A stretch of DNA of 64,000 nt from Eledone cirrhosa. Its lineage: Eukaryota. The position numbers and the translations under genes are program-made. The notes beneath the pieces were generated by a model. That model worked only from the letters and a program-made list of their open reading frames with translations. It was not told where the DNA came from and made no database searches. Shown one piece after another: positions 1-13,144 of this stretch (the stretch's first letter is position 1; each line of letters starts with the position of its first letter). The stretch is taken from positions 393,948,001 to 394,012,000 of the forward strand of contig OZ024740.1 in the NCBI GenBank assembly GCA_964016885.1. Reading direction: 5' to 3'.

Positions 1-1068
1 ATATGAAAAAAAAAAAAGATCAGCGATACCAAATTAATAAATTTGCCTTTAATATCAATATAATATCACCGAGTTTATAGAATGGACCTTGTATAGATTA
101 TAAAATATATTTGCAGCGTATATGTTATATCGACTGCGTGCGGACGAGGATTAAAGTTACAGTTGTTTCCAACAACATCCACCCAATATATATGCGTAAC
201 AACCAAATATATTTTGACCACCGTGCTAGTATGCCCGCTACTTCTTCAGCCTATGTTATAATACTTTCTAGCTTAGATACCTGGTCACGCCATAGTGATG
301 TCTAGCTTATACATCAGGTCACACAAGAGGAACAGAGATTTTGATTATATTGACTACAGTACTTAGTTTGCACATGTTTTCTCGATAATGGAAGGATGAG
401 AGCCAAAGTTAACTTTGGCAGGAATTGAACAGATAAGACAAAAGAACAAATTTGCAAGTATTTTTAAGATTCATAAAGGATTTTATTTCTATTTTGAATC
501 ATAAAAAAATGAATCTATGATGTCTTCTCTTGCTTACTGAAACTTTAGCTCCTATTTTAAGGAGGTCACCATATGTATTCACTCTTTATTCTTGTAATAT
601 TTCATCAACTTGTACTATGAAGTTAAACAGAAGGAAAGAGTTGCACAGAGCTGCATTACATGAGCCAGGACAACTGGGATCTGAAATTCCCTCTCATGTT
701 CCAGTTTGTTTCACGAATATATATCGCCGCCATACCAAATGGACACATTATGATTTGAAATACCTCTTCTGTACGGTACAATCATATAGCTTGCTAGATT
801 ATTTGAGATATTATAAAGAAAGAAGCGGCATTGGTAGTAGTGGCAGGAATATGAGATTCTAAATGGAATAGAGCATCTTTTTTTTTCAACATTGTCGTTA
901 AAAGTGCACAGGCAAACACACAACAGAAAAACAACAACAACATAATGATGAGAATATGAGAACATGACATATATTAAAGGGGTAAAGGGAGAATAAAAAG
1001 AGCAAGTTGTGAAAGAAGGGTGATAAAGAGATTAAGAAAATAGAAAACATAGAGTTATGTGTGAGTAT

Positions 1069-1187
<119 letters not shown>

Positions 1188-2220
1188 GAGTGGTAAAAAA
1201 TAGGAAATTAAAGAGGAAAGCGAAAGTGAAAGCGAACCGATTAATAATAGTTTATTATGATTAAATAGCGAAAATATACGAGAACCTTGAAAATAAAGAA
1301 AACATATGAATTGGATTCCAGAATAATGATAACAATAGGATTATGATGAAAATAATGATGATGATTGTCAGGATAATGACAAATAGTGTCGGAAAAAGTG
1401 GATAATTCATTTATAATGTTATTGGCGTTGGTATAGAAAGTTTTTTTAAAGTATAAATTCCATTTATTCAGAGATTTTCCTTGGTTTCCCATCATTTAGA
1501 AGTCGGTGTTTTCACAATGACAGTCAGTGATAGGGTTTTATACAATGAGCTTATAATGAGATTAACTGATTGTTTATAATGATATATATGTTCTCGGTTT
1601 CACTTAGGATAGCATTTATTCAAATTTAATGCGGTTTCGATTTAAACTTATATAATACGGAAACTTACCCTTCTTAGGAAATTTAGTCTATGTATACTTG
1701 GCAATGGGAAATTAATTGTGCGTGCACTCGTTAAAAACTCATCCACAAGAAGATGTATTACATTCGTGTAGGCATGTCTATTTATTCACCTCTACAGCTA
1801 TCGCATTGAATCTCCTTTAAGAATTACAATGAATACTATGCTCCAATATTACAATGAATAAATAGTTTAAATCACAAACAGGAAGTGCAGTGGGATCAGT
1901 TTTCTCGTAAGAATGCAATTCCACCTCTTATTGTTCTTCATGTATTGATCCTCTTTATATTCCAATCAAAAGCTACAAACAACTGCTTTATTTAACTACG
2001 AGACTGAACTACAGTTGAATGAAAATCTGGAAAGGTTTAACAAGAACATGGCACGTGGAAATCCAAACACATAGCCTTTAACAATGAAGCACTTCTCATC
2101 TTACTCTTGCTTGATGGGACTAGATCAGCGATCACCGAGGCGTCATCGGACGTAGAGCTGAATGAAGCTGAGTTAACAGTTATTTCTAAACAAGGGCAGC
2201 GAATTTGAAGCAGCGGTGTC

Positions 2221-2300
2221 CTTACGGGGTCGATAAAATAAAGTACCAGTAATACACTGGGTGATTGCTGGCCTTGTGCCTAATGTAGAAACAATTATTA
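2221..2300 (+). mobile_element. 3' fragment of the main tRNA-derived SINE
   Basis: cttacggggtcgataaaataaagtaccagt...ggccttgtgcctaatgtagaaacaattatt matches the 3' half of the full copies (e.g. 27396-27590). Confidence 0.85.
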
Positions 2301-2839
2301 GTAGCAGTAGTACCTTCCATGAGTGGTGGATTGGCACAATTCCTTGTGGTACCTAGTAACAACTAATAACGTTCAAATCTTTTTAAGTACCAGTCAAGTA
2401 CTAGGGTAATTTAATCGACTTTTCATTTACTCGGAAATTACTGGCATAGAGTCGAAATTAGAAATAATTATTACTGTTCGTCTGACACACAAGAAATGCA
2501 GACTGTGGAAAGAATGTGAAAAATGTAACCCACACTGGTAGGTAGATGTGGGGGCCTTGTGAAAAAGAATACAATCGCCGCCATGTTAAAGTCTGTTTGT
2601 ACTCTCATTGGCTGTTATGTCCTAAATACCAATTCGAATTAATAGAGAATTGGTATGGAAGGATGAAAAACAAAAGATATTCTAGGATTATGATTTCCAA
2701 ACTTATAGAGTAATTGAGCATCGCAGACGAAAGTATTATCTGTCTGAGCTCCTTGTGACTTCAGAGATGACTAAACACTCTAGTGCATTTTCCATCTAAA
2801 CTGCGTGACACAATAAAAAGAATTTAAATAATAATAATA

Positions 2840-2924
2840 GAAGAAGAAGAAGAAGAAGAAGAAGAAGAAGAAGAAGAAGAAGAAGAAGAAGAAGAAGAAG
2901 AAGAAGAAGAAGAAGAAGAAGAAG
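2840..2924. repeat. (GAA)n microsatellite
   Basis: Pure GAA run. Confidence 0.99.
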
Positions 2925-3464
2925 ACAGGGGATACAGGTTTTGACCCTGTCTAATAAATTTTGTCAAACATATATAGGTTATCAGGGCCATGTGGCAGCT
3001 GCATGCAGAACATAGTGCAGACTGTTCGAAAGATATGGTTGTTTAACATATCAACTCACTGTGGGTGGCATTTTGGCATTTTGAATGCAGATACAGTGCA
3101 TGTGGTTGGCAATAATCGGCCATAATAAATATAAGGTGATTATAAATAAATTTCTTTGCTAAATGAAAGAGATAGTGGGTTTTTTTTTTAATACTGAATG
3201 AATGCATCCATTGAAACTAGCGTATTTAACCCTTTCGTTACCATATTTCTAACAAACTTCGCTGCTATAATTTTCAAACAATTTTAAAAATAACCATGAA
3301 CGTGCAGAGATTTTCCTATTCAGTTGGTGATTGGAACATTTCACAGAGTGTCTTGTCTTACATAAAATGATAATGATAATGGAAGCTTTATATATATATA
3401 TATACGTATAAATATGATAATAATACAAGGAAGAATGGTTACTCATTCATTATATTTATTGGTT

Positions 3465-3549
3465 GGTGACGCGCGTTTCGCGACTGATCAGCTGAAGGTT
3501 CGATCTGTATCGATTTAGCCCGACTCTGGAATGAAAAGCTCGTCGGACC
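3465..3549 (-). ncRNA. Mirror copy of the hammerhead with a core U4C change
   Basis: Minus strand reads ggt-CCGACGA...GAAA-CGCGCG-TC-acc, with palindromic stem III ACGCGCGT. Confidence 0.6.
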
Positions 3550-3581
3550 TCTGTGGTAGTAATGACAGAAAATATCACAGA

Positions 3582-3666
3582 GGTCTGACGAGCTTTTGAT
3601 TCCAGAGTCGGTCTAGATCGATACAGATCAAAGCTTCAGCTGATCAGTAGCGAAACGCACGTCACC
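3582..3666 (+). ncRNA. Type I hammerhead ribozyme with long stem II
   Basis: ggt-CTGACGA-[gcttttgat...atcagtagc]-GAAA-CGCACG-TC-acc: intact core, G10.1-C11.1 pair, GUC cleavage triplet, short helix I ggt/acc. Confidence 0.75.
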
Positions 3667-3808
3667 AACCAACAAACGTAATGAAAGAGTAACCATTCTT
3701 CCTTGTATTATTATATTACACTCTGTCTAGCTCTACACCTCGATACTGACGTGAAACTAAACATGGAGTGCTCACCCGGGTGAACCTACAGTAACTCCGC
3801 GTTGCACT

Positions 3809-3860
<52 letters not shown>

Positions 3861-3862
<2 letters not shown>

Positions 3863-4652
3863 TTGTTTGTTTACACTCTCGCTGTTCCCTTTATTTACGT
3901 GTCCCAACGACTTTCTTTAGCCGTTGCTCGCACCAACCGGAGGTATATGGTCTTTAAAGCGAATATATACCGATGATGGTTGGAAGATCACTGATGAAGG
4001 ACCACTTTATTCATATGTAACCCATTTGCAACCACGCAGCACGTTTATTCTCATATTTACGCATATTTTTTCCCCCGCTGTAACCCGTCTATTTTGTTCT
4101 TACTGCTTCCTCTTTCTCTGTATCTTTACCCTCTCTAACAGTCACTCTCTCTGTTAGCCTCTTCCTCACCCTTCACTCACTCACTCTCTGTTACTACCTC
4201 TCCTCCTTCTCCTTCTTCCCGTTTGACCTGTGCGTAATTATTTTCTTTCGCACGCTTGGTCAGGCTGGTTGGCTTTTTTTCTCTCTCTCGTCTACGATTT
4301 CACAGAACTTATGTTCACCGAATTCACGGACTAGACCCCTTCTTCCTCCCATTAGACCTGTGCGGAATTCCTTCCTTGCTCACATTTCAACCAGGTTTGA
4401 TGGTCTTTATTCTCTCTCGTTCACGATTTCACCGAACTTATATTCATGGAAATTTGGGACTTGACTCGTTCTTCTTCACTTTTCGTTGCTTCACCATCTT
4501 TTTTTGTTTACACTCTCGCTGTTCCCTTTATTTACGTCTCCCAACGACTTTCTTTAGCCGTTGCTCGCACCAACCGGAGGTATATGGTCTTTAAAGCGAA
4601 GAAATACCTATGATGGTTGGAAGATCACTGATGAAGGACCACTTTATTCATA
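3861..4652. mobile_element. Non-coding element with ~155-bp direct terminal repeats, bounded by (TA)n
   Basis: 3861-4015 is repeated at about 4498-4652; a related diverged copy lies at about 21888-22335. Confidence 0.7.
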
Positions 4653-5279
4653 TATATATATATATATTCGTTCAAATAAAGTTTGGTATCATAAAAACAT
4701 GATAGTTTCAGGCAGTTTAATATCATAATGGATACTTTTTTGCTATCGCATTGTTTTCTATATAATATATCGCATATTAGTAATGGACCGATTATACTTA
4801 AAACTACATCAATTATATATTCCTTAGTCGACGACCATGTTTACCATCTAACTCTTTAAAATTCGATATCATTGAGTAATCTCATTGACATTATGTCTTT
4901 TAGATGATACCACTAGCATGTAACTGCTTAGTAGATCTCACTCACAGGAGTTGTTCTCAATTAATATAGCAAGTTTTACAGTATTGTTGCTGTGTGCCTA
5001 TAGTGAACGAAATAGACTAAATCATTTAGGAACTGTGAACACGACGAAAGAATAAACGCTGGAAAGGAGAATGAAAATATGAAAATTAAGCAGAAAAACT
5101 GAAAGAAAATGCATGGAATTTTCTTCAAAAACAATTCATTTAGAAGCGCGCGATTCTGATACTGTTTAAGGAGAAGGGATCTGAAGAAGGGCACAGAAGT
5201 TACTATAATGGTAGCACAAGTACAGACCTTGGAACATGAGTAGTTAGAAAACAAGGAGGGTATATGGCCACTATGTTAA

Positions 5280-5735
5280 TCATGTTGCGAAAGAGAAGAG
5301 ATTATTGTCCATTTATTATCAAACTAAGAACCCGGGGAAGAAATAGTACAAAGGCTGAAGACACGACAAAACTTCTTTATTTATACACTGGCAATTGTGC
5401 AAAAGACACTATAAACCACAAAAAGGTAGTATGAGCATAGACCATCGAAAGTCGTTGAAATGAACAAGAAAAAATATTATGAGACAAGAAAATCCAAACA
5501 GGCAAGTAACTGGAACACTAGAGAACGAAAATGAAAACGAGAAGATAGATAAATGCCAGGATCTACATTGGGTACTATAAACGAAACAAAATAAGCTTTG
5601 AACTGCAGTGTTATAATAGGATCTCTAAGTATAATGTCTGAAAATATCGCCAAATGGTTTTCTATGATCAGCTTAACATTAAAACTTGCCTCTTTGGTAC
5701 AGCTAAAACCTTAAGATATATGCTGAGTGTCTGAA
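5280..5735 (+). pseudogene. Degenerate R4/Dong-like RLE endonuclease C-terminus
   Basis: Broken frames give EKIDKCQDL, VIIGSLS and LFGTAKTLRYMLSV*, typical of the end of an R4-clade ORF. Confidence 0.55.
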
Positions 5736-8292
5736 GACCTGAGTGAACAAAATCGGTAGAATCATCAACAACAACGACAATAATTGTTTCCACTTTTGAC
5801 GAAAGGCCAGCAATTTGGAGGGAATGGGAAAGTCGATTAAATTTACCCCAGTTCGTTACTGGTACTATATTTTATCGACCACGTAATAATGCATTCATTG
5901 CTTATAGATATGGTATCCAATTACCAGATTTCACGTCTGTATACTCTCTTCACCATCAGATGTTGGATGTTTCTGCATTCACATACTATTTCCCCGTTTC
6001 ATCTGAGACTGCAGCAATAATTCCTCTGGAAAGAGGTAGTGGAGTTGTGGGTAATTTGCCAAAGACTATTCATCTCAACAATACGTTTTTTTTGTCAAAT
6101 TTACATCAGCGGAAGATTCATTCCGGATTCATTCCGGAAATTACGAAGAAAAGTATATGAAAAGGTGGAATGGGAACACAAATATTGCTAAATGACACGC
6201 ATGCTTCAAAATCAGCCAGCTTTTGCACTTCGTGTAGACGAAATGGTTGAGTAAAACAGACGTTCATCGGCTCTCCTTATCTCCTATAAGCTGTGGTATT
6301 CGAATATCGAGACTGAGGATACATATATACATGATTTTAGGATTCGACATTTTCCGAGAAAATGAACTGGTATGGTTGTCTTTAACTGGACAATCTCTTC
6401 CACAGTCCATCTCATTAACTGAGTCGTAGTCTTACGCGAGTTTTAGCATCATAAGTGTTTCAGGCGCTCACAGCACTCTACCAGAGATAGAGTAATACAA
6501 ATAGTGCAACGTGCACCACGAGATTCCATCGAACGAATTTTGTCGAAAGACGTTTTATAGAAGCTAATTTTATCAAACGTCTTGTCATTAAACGATTTCT
6601 TTAAATCAAAGCAATTTTTTATTTAGTTTATTTTTTATGGAAATGACATTTCATAGTATAATTTTATAAAACTATTATTTTGTAAAAATATTATAACTAG
6701 AAAACAATTTGAAATATACATTAATTTCCGTTTGAAAAATTTAATTTAAAAACCAGTAACAATACTTTAAGTACTTCGATAAACAAATTTTGAATACAGT
6801 TAATTATGTCTAGCACATGTACGTAAAGTTTAGACGGCAGTTTGTAGTATAAAAATAAGACAGAGTTTAAGTAAACAAAAATGTATATGAAATGATATAT
6901 TACATGAAGGAATGAGATGAAAAATAATGTTTACACTATTATTATATCCAAAGTAGTTTTGATAAAAAGCCTTTGCGTTTCAATAAATGAACCACCACAA
7001 CTAAAAGGTACTGTAAGTGGATCACGCCGTTAATGTGTCTATTATCTGCAGCATTTAGCTTATGAAGCTAGTACAGGTAAGTATTTTTGTCTTAGTGTTT
7101 TTTAATCATATATTCTGATAAACATGGTGAATTGGCAGAATAGGTAAAGCTTCGGATAAAGTGCCATTGCAGTATTTGTTGTGACTCTTTAGATTCTGAT
7201 TTCAAATCTTACAGAAGTTAACCTTGCTTTTCATCCCACCAGGGTCCATAAATTAAAGTACCAGCCAATTACTAGGATTGATTTAATCAGTTTTGCCCTT
7301 CCCACAAATTTGCTGGCCTTGTGCTTAAATCAAATATCAATATTTAATGTGGATTGTGCATTTGTTGTTATATATTTATATTTACATTAATTTATATTTA
7401 TCAATTTATTTACATTAATTAATTTATATACATTTAAAATTAATTTACAAAATGAGTCGTTTCGCTAAAAAAATGTCCCCATTAGAAACTAATGTGATAA
7501 AAATCGTTCGATGAAAAGTTTCACCAGAATTTGCTTGAGATTAGAGGAAGTTTTGAACAGTGCTTAGCCCAGCAGTTAGAACTGGAAACATTGCCCTTTC
7601 ATAAAGCACTGGTGCTGCCATACAAATAATAATTCAATGTTTACGGTTTGCTGAAAAAGGTTATTGCAGAGAATATCTGTTAACACATGTTGGTTAGATC
7701 CAGTCCTGAACTGAGTTTCTTGTGAAGACTTCGTATTATTGTAATAACTAGTAGCGTTATGTCTAAGGATTTATTGGATATTCCTCTGCATGTATTGCAA
7801 AATAACTATTTTATATGTTGAGATTCTGATTAGAATCTGTGTACATTAGCTTCTCGTTTGGCTTTTTATATGGATAATATCTATTTGTCTCTAGGTCTAA
7901 AGTTATACATGAAAAGTTGAGTACGTTTATATTGATAGTACCAAAATGTTAAAAACCAAACATTTGAATTTATTGATTAACTCTTCCCTACATGTATAAT
8001 GTATGTTCATTTGTGTGATAGGAATGTAAAAGAACATCTTTGTATAGTTTTTTTTGCTTAACGTTTTGAAATTTGTTTTTAGTGTTTGGGGTAACCCATC
8101 TCACAAATCCCAGTCCCGTCATAGCTATCTATACAGATACCAAATGATCATAGATATAGCATCAAACAAGATATTCAGTTGCGTCTCTTTATGTGGTGTT
8201 TTAAAATCCAGTTGATATTGACGTCGTTGGTGCTGTCACGGTAAAATGCTTTGAAGTATTTGACTTTGTCCCGTAACGTTCAGTGTTTAAAT

Positions 8293-8583
8293 CAGTCATG
8301 AGCAACCTGCGGCCCGCGAAGCTTTCTGAATGGCTCTCCTAAGTCACCTAAGTTAAATCTTTTTGATTTTTTTACCCCGACTTTTCAGTCGTAATTTATC
8401 TTTCTATCATTTTTTCGATCGAGGAAAACAACTTGTACAAATTCTGAAGAAACAAATCAAAACAACCTGAGTTAGCGCCCTTTTTTTAAAATGTGGGTAC
8501 GAATGTAAATTACCGCTTGCGGCCCGCCCGATGATGAGCCATATCTCAAGAGACCCACTTCTCGAAAAAGGTTGCCATGCCTG
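8293..8583. mobile_element. Non-autonomous hAT element (MITE) inserted in an old SINE
   Basis: Imperfect TIRs cagtcatgagcaacct / aggttgccatgcctg; exact 8-bp TSD GTTTAAAT at 8285-8292 and 8584-8591; subterminal gcggcccg motifs. Confidence 0.85.
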
Positions 8584-9037
8584 GTTTAAATCTTGCCAAG
8601 GCAAACTGTGTTACTCATCCTTCACGGATCAATGAAATAAGTACATCTCAACTAATGGTCATCATTGAATATAAACTCAACCTGAATTTGTGGCTTTATG
8701 ACTATGATTGAAACTATTATTTTTTTCAGTAGCTATATCTTAGTTGTGTGCTTTCAATGTAGAGCCGAATGCTGTGTCTTGTTTTAGTATTGTATTTTCT
8801 TTTGTACTCTACGTAGTATGTATATAATGCCAATTAGCGCTATTTTCTTTGCTGTGCATATTTGCAACTATTATTTATTGGCAGTATCGGTAGAGGGTCG
8901 GACGTCATGCTTTGCTGCATAGAATTACAGCAGCAATAGTAGTAGTAGTAGTAGTAGTAGATTATTTAACTGTTATGGAATGAAAAGAGGATATAAAAAA
9001 ACAAACAACTAGGCAAATACTAACACAATAATATAAT

Positions 9038-9222
9038 TGTTTCTACTTTAGGCACAAGGCCACCAATTACCCAGTTCATTACTGGTACTTTATTTTATCG
9101 ACCTCGTAAGGATGAAAGGCAAAGTGAACCTCGGCGGGATTTGAACTCAGATCGTAAAGGGACGTAACTATGCTGGAAAGCATGGCGTCCGACCCTCTAC
9201 CGATACTGCCAATCCACCGCCC
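9038..9222 (-). mobile_element. tRNA-derived SINE, full length
   Basis: Pol III A box TGGCAGTATCGG and B box GAGTTCAAATCC on the minus strand; 17-bp TSD taacacaataatataat at 9021-9037 and 9223-9239. Confidence 0.92.
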
Positions 9223-9331
9223 TAACACAATAATATAATGTTCGCGAAGAGACAATTAAAAAATTCTTATTGTTTATTTATCATTTATCACTAATCCTTT
9301 TAAGTGTTACAAATCATTGTTTAACGCTTAC

Positions 9332-9384
9332 CTCTGGCCTTCGGCAAAGGTCCAATTATAAACAAAAGTTAGGGTAGGCGCCAT
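9332..9384 (-). CDS. Candidate first coding exon (MAPTLTFVYNWTFAEGQ, phase-2 intron)
   Basis: caaaATGGCG start context, open frame, and AG/gtaagc donor in non-repetitive sequence; protein not recognised. Confidence 0.35.
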
Positions 9385-10297
9385 TTTGTTTTCTTACTTC
9401 TTTTGTGAATTTTCTGTTTTTCTTGTCATTATTGTTATTCGGTAACGGGACTAATATCAAAAGATTAAAAAAAACTTTGATCTTTCCTTCTTTTTCCTGT
9501 TTTTCTTTATGCTTTTGTGTTGCTGCAACTGTTGTTGTCATTTTTGTTATTGTTATACTTTGTCATGTTCATCCTCCATGTTTCATATGAAGAAGAAAAA
9601 AATAATACATTAAAGGAAACAAAAAGAAAAGAAACAAATAATGTTTATTATTTGCTTTGAGGAGGAAAAGAATCGAAATAGAATAATTATACAAGAAAAA
9701 CTGCTAAATGGTGTTTAAATGTTTTCTTTCTCATGTCTTTTATATCTCTTATTTTGGTTTCTCTTACGTTTTGTTTTGTTCTGTCTTCTGTATAAACGAC
9801 TTTTATGTTCATCCAGTTAATGCGCAATTAAACAAAAAATTGTACTTTCGTTATTTTCGTTACTTTCGGATATTTTGTGTCAATTTAATTGATTTTGACA
9901 TCACAAATTCCGCGCCAATTTGGCTCCACCCATCGACAACCAGATCTTAATTTTTATGTGTTAAAATCAGATCATTTTAGAGCAAGGGTTCCCCACCGCT
10001 TTTTCAGCATCACCCACTTTCATGTGTATACACCTGTATAGTAAGTATTTAAAAGTATATGTCTGAGATGGGCAGATTTCTTGATAGAAACTTTCCCGAC
10101 AATAAAAAGTGGAACCGTCATAAAACGTCAGCATACAAAACCAGAAACAAACCGTTACACATTTTTAAAACTCTTACAATACAACAAGAATGAACAATAT
10201 TTGCATTACGAGATTCTTTATTGAAAGGACTGTAAAAGTAGAAACATCAAATATTTTGGGACACATATACCATTTTTATATATCATCAATGCGAATA

Positions 10298-10500
10298 GGA
10301 CGGTGGATTGGCAGTATCAGTAGAGCGTCGGACTCCATGCTTTGTAGCATAGAGTTACGACCCTTTCCGTTTTTAATTCATATCCTCTGCCTTTCATCCT
10401 TACGGGGTCGATAAAATAAAGTACCAGTAATGCACTGGGGAGGTTTAATCGACTTTCCACAACCCACCAAATCGACGGCCTTGTGCCTAAATCAGAAACC
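10298..10500 (+). mobile_element. tRNA-derived SINE
   Basis: Same family as 9038-9222, with a small internal deletion. Confidence 0.85.
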
Positions 10501-10962
10501 ATATATCAGAAACCAGAAACCATATTAATGCGAATCCTGTCTGATGTGACGCAGCTAGTGCAAACAGATTGAGTTTAAATTTAATCATCTTTAGTCGCAA
10601 GTTACCGCGCTTGGTCATATCCATCAGAAAGATACAGAGAACGAACAGGCAGCGCCAAGGAACGACGAATGTGAACTGTCTTCTTCATGAACTCTTTACG
10701 CTATGAGCCATTTAAAATTTACACTTATATAACCGACACTTCTCGCACCTCGGAAATTCTGTTTTTGAAACGTTTTTTTTTAAAAGTAATTTTGCAAATA
10801 TTTTTCTTTGAATTCTATATGGTATTACGTTGTTTATACTTACGTACTGAATTACTTAAACATGTTATATCCTTGGATACCGGGTTCGGTTATTCTATCA
10901 ATTCTATCAATTAATATCCAATTTTAATATCATTTATTTATTGTCATATTTTCCAGTATAAA

Positions 10963-11004
<42 letters not shown>

Positions 11005-11084
11005 GAAGTTCTATTTAAATTGTTGGGATACAACAAGCAAATATTTTTATAACTGATATAAAGCACTCAACAAATTATTGGAGT

Positions 11085-11132
<48 letters not shown>

Positions 11133-11137
<5 letters not shown>

Positions 11138-11816
11138 GGAAAAATGAAACGAAATTTCATTTCTCACTCTTAGTACGGCTGTTACTTAAATATAAGTATG
11201 TATACGTACATACATATATGTATACAGACGTAGAGTAGTATGTATATATATACATACACGCACACATATATACATATGTACGTATGGATTTACCGAACAT
11301 TTATTATAATGCTCGGTGTGTTTGTAAACAAACATCCCGAATTAAGCTGTACAGTGTTTAGCATCAATCGTTGCCCTTTTGTTCAACACTGACGTATACA
11401 TACTCATATTTAAGTAACAGCCGTACTAAGAGTGAGAAATGAAATTTCGTTTCATTTTTTCCGTTTATCGTTTTCGGTGCGCCCCGCCGATTAACTCACT
11501 CGATATGCAAATTAGGCTGCTCAGTTAATATGCATAAGGAAAATACATACTTTAAGACGTTCAATCATCTGGCAGGAAGGTATACGAGCTAATAAGATTG
11601 AAACTAGTACATCGTTCCTTTGTCAGTGTTGAACAAAAGGGCAACGATTGTTGCTAAACACTGTACAGCTTAATTCGGGATGTTTGTTTACAAACACACC
11701 GAGCATTATAATAAATGTTCGGTAAATCCATACGTACATATATATATGTGTGCATGTATGTATATATATACATACTACTGTACGTCTGTATACATATATG
11801 TATGTACGTATACATA

Positions 11817-11822
<6 letters not shown>
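11133..11822. mobile_element. (TA)n-flanked element with nested, permuted inverted repeats
   Basis: About 11190-11393 is the inverse of 11622-11822, and 11133-11205 is the inverse of 11394-11468; fragments recur at 36611-36670 and 52323-52374. Confidence 0.8.
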
Positions 11823-11909
<87 letters not shown>

Positions 11910-11942
11910 TATATATATATATATATATATATATACTATATA

Positions 11943-12008
<66 letters not shown>

Positions 12009-12058
12009 TATATATATAGTATAGTATATATATGTATGTGTGTATGTATGTATGTATG
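11819..12058. repeat. (TA)n grading into (TATG)n
   Basis: Direct inspection. Confidence 0.98.
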
Positions 12059-12442
12059 ACAAAACAGAATTCTAGGAGAAGGAAAATTCTGATAAAACAC
12101 CTGCAACCCTGATGGTATCCAATGATGTTGACTTGTTCTTCTTTTTGGTAAATATCATCTTGGTTAAGAGAGTGGGACTGGCTTTGTGCAGTGCTTTTGC
12201 TCACTATAAAAGCTTCACCGCACAGGCATTGCTTTATATCTGGAGATCTCTCTGCACTTGTCGTCGCATGGTACCATGGGCCCAGCACTGTATCAATAAT
12301 TGTCACAAGTGTAGTGTTCGTACCAGAGTTTTCAAGTCGCTGGCTGGACTAAAAAGTCACACTCGTTCAGCGCATCGGTAGGGGTTCTCCTACATGGATA
12401 TAAAGTAGTGGCCGTACTCGAAAACGAGTTGGCAGCCACCAT
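12059..12442 (+). mobile_element. Short bipartite RTE-derived non-autonomous element, 5'-truncated
   Basis: RTE-type 5'UTR motif ctaggagaaggaaaa.tctga, relic C2H2 finger HKCSVRTRVFKSLAGLKSHTRSAH, 3' stem-loop ctcgaaaacgag; near-identical copies at 17984 and 49813. Confidence 0.8.
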
Positions 12443-13144
12443 ATATGTATATATGTATATATATATATATATGGGGGTGTGCGCGCGCGCGTGTGTGTAT
12501 GTATGTGTGTGCGAGATTATTCGCCAAACTCATACTTGTACATGATCTTACACGTCCTATTTTATCGTTACTTTCCGACTGGAGGCCAGATTTGCTGAAA
12601 ACACAAAAACAAACGAAAAACTCATTTCATTTCCAACGAGAGACGGATGTAATTGTAAGAATTTACCAATTGAACAACACATAATCTAGCTGACATATCT
12701 TTTAGTAACAATAAGAAAATGAAAATATATATGTAATTCTAAAAGGAGCAGATTTAGACCATTGGAAGCCCGGAACAAAACTGGCTTGGTGCTCCCCCCC
12801 CCCACTACTTACACAATGAGGTGTTATGATCATTAACAAATAGCTTTAATAAATCTAAAATAGTCAAGAAACAATTGATTAGTTAACAGTATTACACAAT
12901 GTTCAATATTTTCATTAAAAAACAAACATACTAATCTAATCTAGTCGAGTTTACACTGGCATATAAGAAGAACCAGGGCTGCCCCTAGGAGCATTGGATT
13001 TTGTGTACTTCATATTTGTTTCCGTTGCTGAATATAACCAGGGGCTGCTGCTTCTCCTGAAGGTCAATAGTTCTCTTCTAACTCGAGTGGGAGCGCCTTT
13101 CCATTGTCAATTTGCATTGATCATCTGCCACCCATTGATTTGGC

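Larger units (their letters stand above)
3417..3714. repeat. Long inverted repeat (arms 3417-3555 and 3576-3714, 20-nt spacer), resembling an inverted Penelope-like pLTR
   Basis: Arms are reverse complements with scattered mismatches; (TA)n tracts lie on both sides; each arm carries an HHR. Confidence 0.9.

Noticed and set aside
1668-1780. Minus-strand coding exon ending at gtaagt
   Set aside because: No convincing acceptor and no recognisable protein.
9038-9222. tRNA gene
   Set aside because: A and B boxes are present but belong to a SINE head with body, tail and TSD; no cloverleaf.
11680-12062. YIYI, CVCV and HTHT-type ORFs here and throughout the window
   Set aside because: Translations of microsatellites that lack stop codons.
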